Shown here: piece by piece, positions 1 through 12,957 of the stretch
Position numbering within the stretch: position 1 is the stretch's first letter
Layout: every line of letters starts with the position of its first letter
Assembly: GCA_964016885.1 (NCBI GenBank)
Contig: OZ024750.1
Span: 24,986,001 to 25,050,000, forward strand
Source of the DNA: Eledone cirrhosa
Taxonomy: Eukaryota
DNA: 64,000 nt
Direction: 5' to 3'
Notes under the pieces: generated by a model
Seen by the model: the letters and a program-made list of their open reading frames with translations, nothing else
Told to the model about the DNA's origin: nothing
The model's database searches: none
Translations under genes and position numbers: made by a program

Positions 1-203
1 TTTGTAACTATCATAATCATCCTTGTTTTTACATGCTTTTTTTTTTCACGCTTGCATGGGTTGGACAGGTCCTTTGTGGTACAGCATTTCGTCACATACC
101 GCATTCCTTCATTACATCCTCTGAGTTTACAGTATTTATAACTATATGGTGTCAATTACAGTACAGTATTTTGTACTTATATGGTATCAATATTGTGATT
201 GTG

Positions 204-420
204 AAGGCGTGTGGCCGAGTGGTTAGAGAATTGGATTCACAATCGCGAGATTGTGAGTTCGATTCCTGGACCGGGTAATGCGTTATGTCCTTGAGCAAGA
301 CACTTTATTTCACGTTGCTCCTTCTACCTGGAGTTGCGACCGATAGAGAGTATCAGCAAGTGGAAAGACCAATGGAAACATTGTTTTCTCGGTCTGATTT
401 GACAAAAAGTTGATCGTCTG
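204..420 (+). mobile_element. tRNA-headed SINE (family B) fused to an 83-bp-repeat-like unit
   Basis: A box TGGCCGAGTGG, B box GTTCGATTCC, ccttgagcaagacacttt core. Related copies at 2993-3322(-), 24298-24625(+) and 26081-26418(-). Confidence 0.8.
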
Positions 421-551
421 TCTGTCATGGTATCAATTATATATGTGGTGTGAGTTATAGTCCCCTCAGTTGGCAAAAATGAGTTGTAACTGTAGTTCAA
501 ATGGCCAGCCTTGTCACATTCTGTGTCACACTGAATTTCCCTGAGAACTAC

Positions 552-977
552 GTTAACCCTTTAGCATTTACATTACTCTATATTTACTATTGTATTTTCA
601 CAGTAAACACTATCTCACATAATATCAAATCTACAAGATTTTGATATTTATTTTCAGAACAATATCTTAACATAATTATGAGCAGCCAGTTATGACCAGT
701 TTGAACAGAAAGAAGTGAGAAAATTCTGGCTGGATGCAGCCAGTTTAAACACTACAGCATTAACTCTTTAGCACTCACATTACTCTATTTATACTATTAT
801 ATTTTCATGGTAAAGGCTTTATCTCACATAATTATCTCACATAATATCGAATCTATGAGATTTTGAAAGTATTTATTTTGAGAACAATACCTTAATATCA
901 GTTTGAATGACCAGTTACAGCCAGTTTCAACAGAAAAAGGTAGAGAATTCTGGCCGGTTTTAACATTAAAGGGTTAA
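552..977 (+). mobile_element. Two tandem ~210-bp piggyBac-like MITEs
   Basis: TTAA-CCCTTTAGCATTTA...TAAAGGG-TTAA ends. Confidence 0.75.
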
Positions 978-1235
978 GTGTACGCATGTCTGTGGAATGC
1001 TCAGCCATTTATACGTTAATTTCATGAGCAGGCTGTTCCATTGATCGATTCAACTGGAACACTTGTCATAACCGACAGAGTACCTCATCAGTTATAGTAC
1101 AGTATTTATAACTATGTGTATCAATTATAATACCTATGTGGTGACAATTACAGTACAGTATTTATAACTATGTGGTGGTTGATCATTAGACATTTATTTA
1201 AGTTAGCATGTATTTCACAATATGCCAGCTGGTAT

Positions 1236-1433
1236 TATTAAGTTAGACATAGCCAGGGTCAATACTGGTCAAAAGTTATGTGGTGTTAAGTTAGACATAG
1301 CCAGGGTCAATACTGGTCAAAAGTTATCTGTGGTGGTGTTAAGTTAGACATAGCCAGGGTCAATACTGGTCAAAAGTTATCTGTGGTGGTGTTAAGTTAG
1401 ACATGGCCTGGGTCAATACCGGTCAAACGTTAT
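1236..1433. repeat. Minisatellite, 48-53-bp unit x4
   Basis: taagttagacatagccagggtcaatactggtcaaaagttat(ct)gtggt. Confidence 0.9.
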
Positions 1434-1601
1434 CAAAGTTATGCCATTGGTTCATAGCAAACATTAAATATTTCTCTCAACGAGTAATTAGTTACAAAGA
1501 AATGATCAGTTGAAATGAGAGAGAGAGCCCTGTTAGTATTTCAATTAAGGAATCAGTCCACTTTACTTAGATACTATAATCCTGTTTAAAGAAAAATACA
1601 C

Positions 1602-1807
1602 TTAACCCTTTAGCATTTAATCCAGCTGTATCCGGCCAGAATTCTCTCACCTCTTTCTGGTCAAACTGGCTGCTCATACTTATGTTAAGGTATTGTTCTC
1701 AAAATAAATAATATCAAAATCTCATAGATTCAATATTATGTGAAATAAAGTATTTACCATGAAAATACAATAGTAAATATAAAGTAATGTAAATGCTAAA
1801 GGGTTAA
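1602..1807 (-). mobile_element. piggyBac-like MITE (other copies at 2700-2916, 6166-6381, 21207-21621, 24940-25257 split by a SINE, and 28392-29126 split by another element)
   Basis: TTAACCCTTTAGCATTTAA...TAAATGCTAAAGGGTTAA: TTAA TSD plus CCC...GGG TIRs. Confidence 0.82.
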
Positions 1808-2193
1808 AGACATGATTTGTGCAGTTTTAAAGCCCCACTTTACTCAATAAAAAAACATATTTGCTCTTAAAAAGATATAATCTAAGGTTTAGAAACATTA
1901 AAGTGTGTTTGTCTTTATTAAGTTTGTCTTTATTACACGTAGGTTTGTCTTTATTAAGTTGATTCATGATCAAAGTCATTCAAACCATGATCACCCTCTT
2001 CTTTTTGTGCATGTTGAATCTAGGGCTATATATTTGTTAATATATGATTAGATGGAGTTTCAGCTGTTATTTTTAGTAGGTCAAGTAACTACATAGAAGA
2101 TCTCTTGTTAGTTTTGTTATTGTTAGTGGTTTTGGCTGCCTGGCTATGGTGTGATTTTGTTAATCAGGTGACAGCTGGGTGTGTGTGACATAC

Positions 2194-2269
2194 TATGGGG
2201 TGATATCATTGTACGAATGAAATAATCACACAGGGGTAGGAGGTTGTTCCATATACAATACTGAGGAGG
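2194..2269 (-). CDS. Candidate 76-nt exon PPQYCIWNNLLPLCDYFIRTMISPH
   Basis: Good acceptor ttttctgtatttttgcAG and donor ATA|GTATGT; one open frame; no recognised homology. Confidence 0.3.
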
Positions 2270-2441
2270 CTGCAAAAATACAGAAAACAGTTCTTTTGTT
2301 GCTTTATTATCATTATTATTCAAGTACAAACTTTTTTTAATAGTCAGGGCACAGTCCTATTTTGAGGTTTCATTAAAGTGACATATATTTCAGTACAGGA
2401 AATGAAATATCAAAATGTTATTACAAACGGCAGGACTTAAT

Positions 2442-2630
2442 AATTATTTCTACTTTTGGCACAAGGCCAGCAATTATCCCAGTGCATTACTGGTACTTTA
2501 TTTTATCGACCCCGTAAGGATGAAAGGCAAAGTTAACCTCGGCAGGAATTGAACTCAGATCATAAAGGGCCGTAACTCTATGCTGCAAAGCCTGGTGTCC
2601 GACCCTCTACTGATCCTGCCAATCCACCAA
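2442..2630 (-). mobile_element. tRNA-headed SINE (family A)
   Basis: Minus strand ggtggattggcag..gtagag...GAGTTCAATTCC..gaggttaactttgcctttcatcct..gtcgataaaataaagtaccag, (ATT)n tail. Further copies at 3570-4042, 13930-14050, 17337-17440, 18810-19260, 20962-21142, 22485-22856 and 25025-25200 (all -), and at 28105-28212, 39620-39730, 40632-40818 and 61175-61268 (+). Confidence 0.85.
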
Positions 2631-4521
2631 TGTTCTCTATAGATGCTGCTACAAGTGAAACTTGTGGAAATACTGTAGATAAAAAAGTGAAAACTGTATT
2701 TAACCCTTTAACATTTACATTACTCTATATTTACTATTGTATTTTCATGGTAAAGGCTTTATTTCACATAATAGTGAATCTATGAGAATTTGATACTATT
2801 TATTTTGAGAACAATACCTTAATGTCAGTATGAGCGACCAGTTATGGCCGGTTTGAACAGAAAGAGGTGAGAGAATTCTGGCCGAATATGGCTGGTTTAA
2901 AATACTGAAAATGTTAAATGTAATGGGAATTGTGCTTCTGGTATTCATTAAAGCAGGAAATGAGCTTCGAAAGAATGGAAATGTATTTTTAGACCCCCCT
3001 TCGGTCACGAAGGGCCATGGGATTTGCACCTAGAAAGTTTCTCTCTGAGGCACAAGTCCAGGCAAGGTTGTTTGTGGAAAACCAGCATTCACCTATGCAT
3101 ACCAGCCCCCCCCCCCCTATCCACGCCACCGATGATGTCCAAGGGAAAGGCAATGACTGATACAGCTTAACACCAGTGACGTCACAACTCATTTCTACAG
3201 CTGAGTAAACTGGAGCAACGTGAAATAGATTGTCTTGCTCAAGGATACAACGCATCAACCGGTCTGAAAATCGAACTCACAACCTATCGATTGCAAGCCC
3301 AATGCTCTAACCACTAAGCCATGGAAATGTATAGAAACAAAATAAGCATATTTCCTTATTTCTACAGAAGAAATAATGGAAAGTAAAATTAGAAAATTTT
3401 TTTTTAAAGGGGAGGGAAAGGCAAAGGCTCTAGAGTCACAGAAGTGTGGAGAGGGGGAAAGTGAGGGTGATTGGGCTCTGGGTCTAGGGCGCAGTGGTTG
3501 TTTTTCAATTTCTTGTCTAGAAATTTCCCTTGTCACTTTTATGGTATATGAAAATGAGCTTGTATATAATGATTTCTACTTTAGGCACAAGGCCAGCAAT
3601 TTGAAGGGGAGGAGGAAAGTGGATTAAATCGACCCCAATGCATTACTGGTACTTTATTGGTACCAATGCATTACTGGTACTTTATTTTACCCGTAAGGAT
3701 GAAAGGCAAAGCTAATGTCGGCAGGATTTGAACTCAAAACGTAAAGGGCTGTAACTCTATGCCACAAAGCATGTTCTACTGATACTGCCAATCCACTGCT
3801 CTGATAATAAACCATAATATAATGATTTCTAGTATAGGCACAAGGCCAGTAATTTGGGGGTAGGGCAAAGTCAATTAAATCGACCCCAGTGCATGACTGG
3901 TACTTTATTTTATCGAACCCGTAAGGATGAAAGGCAAAGTTAACCTCGGCGGGATTTGAACTCAGATCATAAAGGGCTGTAACTCTATGCTGCAAAGCAA
4001 GGTGCACGAGACGCTCTACTGATACTGCCATTCCACCGCCCTAGAGAAAACTATAACTATAATGACACAGATAACTAGGTGACAGCTGCTCTATCTGTCT
4101 ACGCTACAATTTCCATAAATAACCTAATAAAATAGATTACGCTGTATGCTAAAAACAAATTTGAAACACAAAATATGTTTGTATTAAAGACATATTCTGT
4201 AGAATATAAACCAAAATAATATAAACCTCCATTTTATGTTGAATATAAAATGCAAGGTTTGGTTATTGTCTGCTTCTTATTTGGTCACTAAGATATAGTC
4301 TTTCTTTCTGTTGAATAGATTATAAAATATAAATGAGCATTGGATATAAATAGACATGTTATAATTCATTAGATGTTACATAGAGTGTTTAATATTCATT
4401 TTAAACCTGATATGAATAGGATAAGATAAAGAAAAGTTATTTCATTCACATATCAACAAAAGTAACCAGGATGTAGGTTGTTAAACATCACTTGACACAA
4501 GTCACACAATGAATACCTTTC

Positions 4522-4565
<44 letters not shown>

Positions 4566-4568
4566 AAA

Positions 4569-5545
4569 GCACCCAGTCCACACTGTAAAGTGGTTGTATT
4601 GGTGACACAATAAAATGCACCCAGTCCACACTGTAAAGTGGTCGTATTGGTGACACAATAAAATGCACCCAGTCCACACTGTAAAGTGGTCGTATTGGTG
4701 ACACAATAAAATGCACCCAGTACTCACTGTAAAGTGGTCGTATTGGTGACACAATAAAATGCACCCAGTCCACACTGTAAAGTGGTCGTATTGGTGACAC
4801 AATAAAATGCACCCAGTACTCACTGTAAAGTGGTCGTACTGGTGACACAATAAAATGCACCCAGTCCACACTGTAAAGTGGTCGTATTGGTGACACAATA
4901 AAATGCACCCAGTACTCACTGTAAAGTGGTCGTATTGGTGACACAATAAAATGCACCCAGTACTCACTGTAAAGTGGTTGTGTTGGTGACATGACAAAAA
5001 GCACCCAGTACTCACTGTAAAGTGGTTGTGTTGGTGACAATAAAATGCACCCAGTACTCACTGTAAAGTGGTTGTGTTGGTGACATGACAAAATGCACCC
5101 AGTACTCACTGTAAAGTGGTCGTATTGGTGACACAATAAAATGCACCCAGTACTCACTGTAAAGTGGTTGTGTTGGTGACATGACAAAAAGCACCCAGTA
5201 CTCACTGTAAAGTGGTTGTGTTGGTGACAATAAAATGCACCCAGTACTCACTGTAAAGTGGTTGTGTTGGTGACATGACAAAAAGCACCCAGTACTCACT
5301 GTAAAGTGGTTGTGTTGGTGACACAATAAAATGCACCCAGTACTCACTGTAAAGTGGTTGTGTTGGTGACATGACAAAAAGCACCCAGTACTCACTGTAA
5401 AGTGGTTGTGTTGGTGACATGACAAAAAGCACCCAGTACTCACTGTAAAGTGGTAGTGTTGGTGACATGACAAAAAGCACCCAGTACTCACTGTAAAGTG
5501 GTTGTGTTGGTGATACGACGAAAAGCACCCAGTCCACACTGTAAA
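4569..5545. repeat. 48-bp minisatellite (about 20 copies) derived from an RTE 3'-UTR subrepeat
   Basis: gcacccagt(cca/act)cactgtaaagtggt(c/t)gt(a/g)ttggtgaca... runs directly into the retroposon tail at 5545-5730. Confidence 0.92.
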
Positions 5546-5731
5546 TGAGGTTGGCATTAGGAAGGGCATCAAGCTGTAGAATCCAAGCCAAAATCAGTTC
5601 TGTATGAGCAAGACATGGTCACCTGACCTAGCATTGCCCATAACAGGACAACTCGTCTAAACCTTACTAGTGTGGAAAATGGATGTAAAATGGTGATGGT
5701 GGTGGTGGTGATGATGATGGTGGTGATGGTG

Positions 5732-5778
<47 letters not shown>

Positions 5779-6888
5779 GCTGTCAATTTTAAAGATATGG
5801 GTTCACTAGACTATATTTCATTACTTAAGTACTTGTCCTCCTGTCCTAGTCAAAAGAAGTTCCATTGTTTTCATCTGTCTCTATCTTGTGGTGCCTCATA
5901 TGCATCTTTCCAGTGGCTTGTTCAAGCCATCATGCAACCAGAGCTAAATATTATGCCCTTCCAACTCTTATGCACAAAATTACATTGCAAGGGGTGGCTG
6001 ATGAGGAGAAGGTTAGATGTTTTTGTTCATTCATCTCATGTGTTTTATTTTATTCATGTGCAACTTTGACATACATATATATTTCTTCTTCTCACCCGCC
6101 CCATCCTATGTAAGTTTAGCTAGCCTCCTATGAGATTACATCTCAGGGGGGATTTCTCAGCTGTTTTAACCCTTTAACATTTCCATTACTTTATATTTAC
6201 TATTATATTTTCACAGTAAAGGCTTTATCTCACATAATATCGGATCTATGAGATTTTGATATTATTTACTTTGAGAACAATACCTTAACATCAGTATGAG
6301 TGGCCAGTTACAGCCAGTTTAAACAGAAAGAGGTGAGAGAATTCTGGCCAGTTACGGCTGATTTAAACCCTAACGGGTTAACGATAGGAGCCCAAACCCT
6401 ATAATGAAATGTGTCCCCTCTAGAGTAGACACCTGTTCCTTGCAGGAGTTAACCCCACCACCACCACCACCACCACCACCACCACCAAGCCGCTGTTGTT
6501 GATATTTATATTTTTCAGCTGAGTGTAGTGGAAGCATGTGAAATGAAGGCCAATACTTGGACCCAGTGCTAGTTTATTGTGCGAGTAAAGACATTTCATG
6601 TTTTTGCTAAAGAATTTTAAAAATGGGATTGTCTGGTTGTGGATAGTATTTGTAAGTTGTAGAAATTCAACAACATAGACAGACGCTCAGACATGTACAC
6701 ACACACATACATACATGAATGGATCACACATACACACACACCCACTCTCATATATACCTATACACACACACACATACATGAATAGATCACACATATACAC
6801 CCACCCACTCTCATATATACCTATACACACACATACATGTATATATACACACACGCATACACGTATATATATACTACACACATACATG

Positions 6889-6924
<36 letters not shown>

Positions 6925-6976
6925 TGTATATATACACACTACACACATACAAATGCACACACATACATGTATATAT

Positions 6977-7043
<67 letters not shown>

Positions 7044-7084
7044 CACACACATATATACACACATATATACACACACACACATAT

Positions 7085-7139
<55 letters not shown>

Positions 7140-7663
7140 CATATATACATGCACATATACACGCACATGCCTGTGTGCGGGTCCATATACAGACACGCAT
7201 CTGGCTATATATGTGTGGAGTTGCAGGGTCACAGACACCAGTGTGCCTCTGCATACACCCATGAGCATACATATAGCAGAGGTAGTAATAACAACAGTAA
7301 TAACAACAGTAATAATTAAGAGATGCTGTATAGATAAATATAAGTAGAAGAGTGTCCAAATAGATTTGTTTCACTTGCTTGTGTGTTGGATCAAAATATG
7401 GCTGTGAGTTACTTGGTATTTCCTTTTTTTTTTTGACAAAAACATGAAATGTCTTTACTGACACGATAAACTAGCACTGGGTCGTCCAAGCGCGACACCC
7501 CCCACAAACCAATGCTTACTGTTTACATCAAAGCAGGTCTTTGACTGACCAACACCCATTCCAAAACGCGCACACACACACACACAAATGCTTAATTGCT
7601 TGAGTGCTCACGTAAACACACACATGGTTATCGGTGAATACACATCCCACATTGCCAGCCCAC

Positions 7664-9040
7664 CATCATCATCATCAACGTTTAACGTCCGTGTTCCTCG
7701 CTTGCATGGGTTTGGACGGGGGTATTCCCACTTGAGGCAAGAGTGATTGTCTTGCTCGCATAGGACTGTCTGGCAGGTTTTCTACAGTTGGATGCCCTTC
7801 CTAACACCAACCACATTTACAGTGTGGGTCTGGGAGGTTTTTACCGTGTTGCCTACACAGCCACATTACAGCGTGGACTGTGTTTTTTTGTCGTGACACC
7901 TACACGATCTCATTTGTTTCGGCCTGGATGGCGTGGCACCAACATAACTTTACATAGAAGGGGGTGGTGTGGATGGGGTGGGGGTGGTGGGCCAATTACA
8001 CAAAAATACATACAAAAAAAAATATATACCTTCTTCTCTATATATATATATATACCTTCTCACCCCACACCATCATCATCCCCGCTTTATGTCCGTTCTT
8101 CCACGCCAGCATGGGTTAGACGGGTTGTCCTGTTGTGGGCAGTGACCGGTCGACTGACCTTGTCATGCTCATACAGGAACTGATTCTGGCTTGATTTCTA
8201 CAGGTGGATGCCCTTCTTAACACCAACCTCATGTACAGTGAGTGCTGGGTGCTTTTTTTCCGTGGTGTCTACACGTCCACTTTCCAGTGTGGGCTGGGTG
8301 CTTTTTTGCTGTGGCACCTCCACCACCACTTTGCAGTGGGAGGGGGTGGGGGCATATTGTCTATACGTTTCAGCTTCGGCTTGTTTCTGTGGGAAGTCGG
8401 GTCTTCTGTATTACTGCGTGACGCCAGAGGTCACGGTCGTGTGTCATCGCCCTTGAGAGGTGCATACCACAACAAAAATATATCTTTTTTGTCGCATCAT
8501 CAGTCTGAGGAGCAGACGAATACTGGAGTCTGATCCATAAGCCGTATGGGTTACAATGAGCCAATCCTCTGCGGAACGTACGTAACAGGTTGATACGCAA
8601 TAAATATTTTTCAAATGTAAACGAAACTTACTCGTTTTTTTTCTATTATATATATATCATCATCATCGTTTAACGTCTATCTTCCATGTTAGCATGGGTT
8701 AGACGGGAATTGTCCCACTTGAGGCAAGATTGATCGGTTGACCATGTCTCGCTCGTATAGGACATATCATCATCATCATCACTTTACGTCCACTTTTCCC
8801 TGCTTGCAAGGGTGAGACGAGAACTGGTTCTGGCTTGATTTCTAAAGCTGGATGCCCTTCCTAACACCAACCTCATTTACAGTGAGTGCTGGATGCTTTT
8901 TTGCCGTGGCACCTCCACGACCACTTTGCAGTGGAATGATAGGGACCCCAGTCCTATCATCTCATTTCTACAGCTGAGTAAACTGGAGCAATCTGAAATA
9001 AAGTGTCTTGCTCAAGGAAACAACACATCAACCGGTCTGA
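7664..9040 (-). mobile_element. Cluster of RTE-3'-end / RTE-tailed SINE copies
   Basis: Repeated (cat)n-cgtttaacgtc...gcatgggttagacgg...ggatgcccttcctaacaccaacc at about 7664, 8072, 8656 and 8768. Other copies are at 5545-5730, 10017-10165, 21745-22330 and 26630-27330. Confidence 0.8.
8492..8604 (+). ncRNA. Degenerate Penelope-type hammerhead motif followed by poly(A) signal
   Basis: CTGAGGA (8505-11), stem II GCAGA...TCTGC with a long loop, GGAA in place of GAAA, palindromic CGTACG, TA, partial stem I ATCAGT/GTTGAT, AATAAA at 8599. Confidence 0.5.
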
Positions 9041-10535
9041 GATATATATATAGTAACTGCTGTGCAGCTGTCATATCACTACAGTCCATTCATAAATCAT
9101 GACAACAACTAACCAATACTAATTTACTATTTATAGAAATACTATTTTAATCTCCCCTCCTTTTGTTTTGCTGTAGGAGTTATGAGAAAAGAGCAGATTG
9201 AATAATGCCGTCTTGTGTTCCCACGGACTAAACAACAACAACACCACCACCACCAGGCAACTAGTAAGACACTACGTGGTCGCTGGTGAAAGATCTGCTC
9301 CATGAAAACTGACCTAGGGTTAAACATTCAACCAATCAACAGTTTGTTATATATTTGGATAATGAAGCCTTGGACACACTGAATAAAAGATGGCAAGGTC
9401 ATGTCTGGAGCATCTTTGATCATAGATCTCCTCCCTTATTGTTGACAAAATAACATTACAAATAAGGGAACTCTGATATAGCAGACCTATGATCAAACAT
9501 ATTCCAGCTGCAACCATCACATCTTTTTCTTGTATATAAGCAATCCAGGTATGCTTTGAGGAAGACTTGACGGCTATATCTAGCAGGTCGAGTGACCACA
9601 TACTGGTCTGGACTTTATTGTTAATATTTAAGAATTACATAATTTATTAAACAAAACAAATGGACAATAACATTAAAAATCATACCCCACCCCTCAGTTA
9701 CACTCTACAAGGGGGGGGGGGTACGTCAGGAGGTAACAAGGGTGTGGCCTGGCTGGTGTTACCTCAAGTAGTAGGAAGGGTGTAGACTGGGTGGTATTAC
9801 CTCAGGTGGTAGCAAGGGTGTGGAGTGGGTGGTGTTACACTATAGCAGGAAATGTTACCAACATTACCCTGGGTGGTAGGAAGGTTATGAGCATGGAACA
9901 CCCCAGCCCTGTCACTATCACCATGTTGTCAGCAACACATCACACCCCATGTCTTCAATGTAACCAGATGAAATTTGTAATTTGCTGACAAATTAATATA
10001 TATATATATATATATAGGAAGGGCATCCAGCTGTAGAAATCAAGCTGGAATCAGTTCTGTATAAGCAAGACATGGTCACTCGACCTGGCATTGCCCACAA
10101 GAGGACAACCCGTCTAACCCATGCTAGTGTGGAAGAATGGACGTAAAACAGTGATGGTGACGATATATAAAAACGAAAATGTCTGTCTCTCTGTATGCAG
10201 GCGAAGCATTTCCACAGTTTCCATCTGATATTCTTCAAATTTAATACATAGGTTATTTAGCTCCCAGAGCATGTCAACATATAGTTTAAATCTTGCTCTC
10301 CTCTAAAATAAAGTTCTGGGGCTATTTAAAGATGGCTATGTTGATGAGACAGGGGGTTTTCATTTACAGTGGTGGAAGATATGCCCAGCAACGATGGGCT
10401 CTTTTGCAAGTTTATAATAAATATGTCTAAATTATTTAGTAATATCTACGGAAGAAAAACATCAGATTTAGTTGCATACCACTGTGTAATATATGGCTTA
10501 GTGGTTAGAACAGTGAGCTTGCAATCGTGAAGTTG

Positions 10536-11505
10536 TGAGGGTGACTATAAAGGAATGATGCTAGAGCTGTGAAATCTTGCATGCATTAATTTCCATGCTT
10601 TTTATTGATAACTTCATTGTTTTTTTTTCCAGGTAAACTGACATCTGACTGTTCAAAGAAAACTTCAAACCTAACTAGTAGCAACTACTCTAGAAAATGG
10701 ACAAAATTTTGGCATCGTGGTGTTATTAAGTAATTGCAGAAAAAGTGTTTAGCCTCCAAGGACATTCATGCTGACATGGTAGCTACATTAGAGGATGATG
10801 CTCCAGTTTTATCAACAGTGCAAAAGTGAGTAGCTGAATTTAGGAGGGGAAAGGATGGTTTTGAAGATAACCCAAAGTCTGGACGTCCTGCAGCTGCTAC
10901 CACCGAGGAAAACATTGATCGTGTTCACTATATGATGATGGGTGACAGGCAATTGATTATAAATTAAATAGCCAATACTATTAGAATATTCCATGAGAGA
11001 GTTGAGAATATTCAACACAATGAACTTGGCATGACGAAGGTTTCTGCCTGGTGGATGCCACGTCTTCTGGCACCTGATCAAAAGCACGCCAGGCTGATAA
11101 CATCACATGAAAATCTGACATTGTTTGAGGCACATCCAGCTGGTTTCCTTGAATGTTTTCTAACTCAGGATGAGTGTTGGGTTCATTACTTTGAGCTAGA
11201 GACAAAGAGACAATCTGTGCAGTAAAAACACTCCTCCTCGCCTGCTCTAAAGGCCAAGGTCGTTTCATCTGAAGGGAAGGTGATGGTCTTAGTTTTTGGG
11301 GGATGCAATGGAAAGTACTACTTTCTGGGGCAATTACAAAAAGCTATCAAGACCAAATGCCATAAAAACTGATGAAATGAGCTTTGTTTCATCAGGACAA
11401 TGTTCTAGCACACAGGTGCTTAGTTTCAACGGCTGCTGTGTATGACTGTGGCTTTGAACTGGTTGATCACCCTCCCAATTCTCCTAATTTCGCCCCATCT
11501 GGAAC
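10536..11505 (+). mobile_element. Decayed mariner transposon (transposase pseudogene)
   Basis: Motifs HADMVATL, PKSGRP, WMPRLL (WVPRLL), TQDECWVHYF, FHQDN and HPPNSPNFAPS (YSPDLAPSD), with stops, frameshifts and an internal deletion. Confidence 0.9.
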
Positions 11506-11939
11506 TTTATATTCTTCGAATGAAAAGAACCTTCTGATGAGAGTTTATCTTTTCAATGGAAGGCCGCAAGGACTGTCCATTTATTTTTGAGACTTGAAAC
11601 CGATTCGGTAAAGGTAACCATAGTGAGTACAGTGAATTTTTTAAAATTTATTTTGAAACTTTTTTTTATTTGCTAAACCTTGATTATATATGTTCTGGCT
11701 CGTTAATTTATTAACTTGCCATTGAACCACATTGGCATATGGTTAGACAATACATGTGTCCCTAGACGCTTTTTGCGTGTAGGGATATATACTTTATTAT
11801 TATATATATATGCTCTCACACACATAAAAATGGAATTAGAAGCTTTCGCTGTCCTTTTGACTACAGAAAATAGTTTTAATAACAGGGCGAAAATTTCAAT
11901 TTCACTCGCTGCCGTCTTCTAAACACACGTGTTTGCTTA

Positions 11940-11977
<38 letters not shown>

Positions 11978-12313
11978 CACAATGTGATCTACCTTTGTCC
12001 GATAGTATACAGTACAGTAACTCCTATAGATCAGTCAATATATCGATATGATCAATCCTCCGAAACGATCGTAAAATAATGCATGAGATATGTAAAATAA
12101 CTTGCCTTTGTTATTGTTAAAAAAAACTAATATATAGTATATCAGACTATGTATCTAAAAGATTGACTCAGGGAAATACAAACCTATGATTTTCGTACCT
12201 AATATCCAAGGGAACCGATCACAGGATCTCACTGAACTACATTTTAATGTGTTACATAGAGTTCTAACTACGGTATAGACCCTACCGCGAAAGGTGGACC
12301 ACATTGAAGTATG

Positions 12314-12382
<69 letters not shown>

Positions 12383-12531
12383 GCCAATATGAGTTTGTGT
12401 CTATTGATTTATTATTTTAAATCGATACAGGCAAACTATATTTATTTGAATTAGTTTATTTCATTCTAGCTGACTTCGTCTTTTACAATGCAAACACTTA
12501 CGTGTTTATCATATATTAATTTATATTAACT

Positions 12532-12569
<38 letters not shown>

Positions 12570-12697
12570 AAAGTTTTATTTAAGATTGTTGGGTTACAAC
12601 GAGTAAATATTTTATAACTGATATAAAAGCACTCGACAGTTTCTGGAGTAGGTTTACGATATTAAACAAATGGAAACTATATTTATAAAACCATATT

Positions 12698-12763
12698 TAT
12701 TTCGTTATATATATTTCTGGGATATCATATTAAAAATATGTTATGCCTTCCTCAGACAAAATA
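12698..12763 (-). ncRNA. Identical hammerhead motif in the left arm of the palindrome
   Basis: Reverse complement of 12892-12957. Confidence 0.72.
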
Positions 12764-12891
12764 CAATACATAAGCTGTTTTATAAATAATTAGTGACATA
12801 CCTTGTATCAACTACCAAATCAACTTTTTAAAAGTAAGTTGCATTATTACAAGGTATGTCACTAATTATTTATAAAACAGCTTATGTATTG

Positions 12892-12957
12892 TATTTTGTC
12901 TGAGGAAGGCATAACATATTTTTAATATGATATCCCAGAAATATATATAACGAAATA
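12892..12957 (+). ncRNA. Minimal type I hammerhead ribozyme motif (Penelope-like pLTR/retrozyme type)
   Basis: Stem I TATTTTGT (12892-99)/ACGAAATA (12950-57); core CTGAGGA (12900-06); stem II GG-c-ATA-a-CATATT/AATATG-a-TAT-c-CC; GAAA (12938-41); short palindromic stem III TATATA; cleavage triplet ATA (12947-49); AATAAA at 12954-59. Confidence 0.72.

Noticed and set aside
204-280. tRNA gene
   Set aside because: The A/B boxes continue into a SINE body present in several copies, and there is no clean acceptor stem or terminator.
4454-4520. Terminal exon KGIHCVTCVK*, reminiscent of the amidinotransferase GGxHCxT motif
   Set aside because: Only 10 residues, the acceptor lies within (TA)n, the phase does not match the candidate upstream exon, and no other family motifs were found.
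4453-5591. Cys/His-rich repeat protein ORFs
   Set aside because: A 48-bp tandem repeat derived from a retroposon 3' UTR.
5830-6010. Coding exon or LINE end on the minus strand
   Set aside because: Stops in all frames after the candidate acceptors; only a faint QDRDR resemblance to RTE ends.
6687-7464. His/Thr/Tyr- and Cys/Val-rich ORFs (also 13164-13635, 31144-32492, 33979-35434, 58328-59140)
   Set aside because: Translations of (CA)n, (TA)n and minisatellites.
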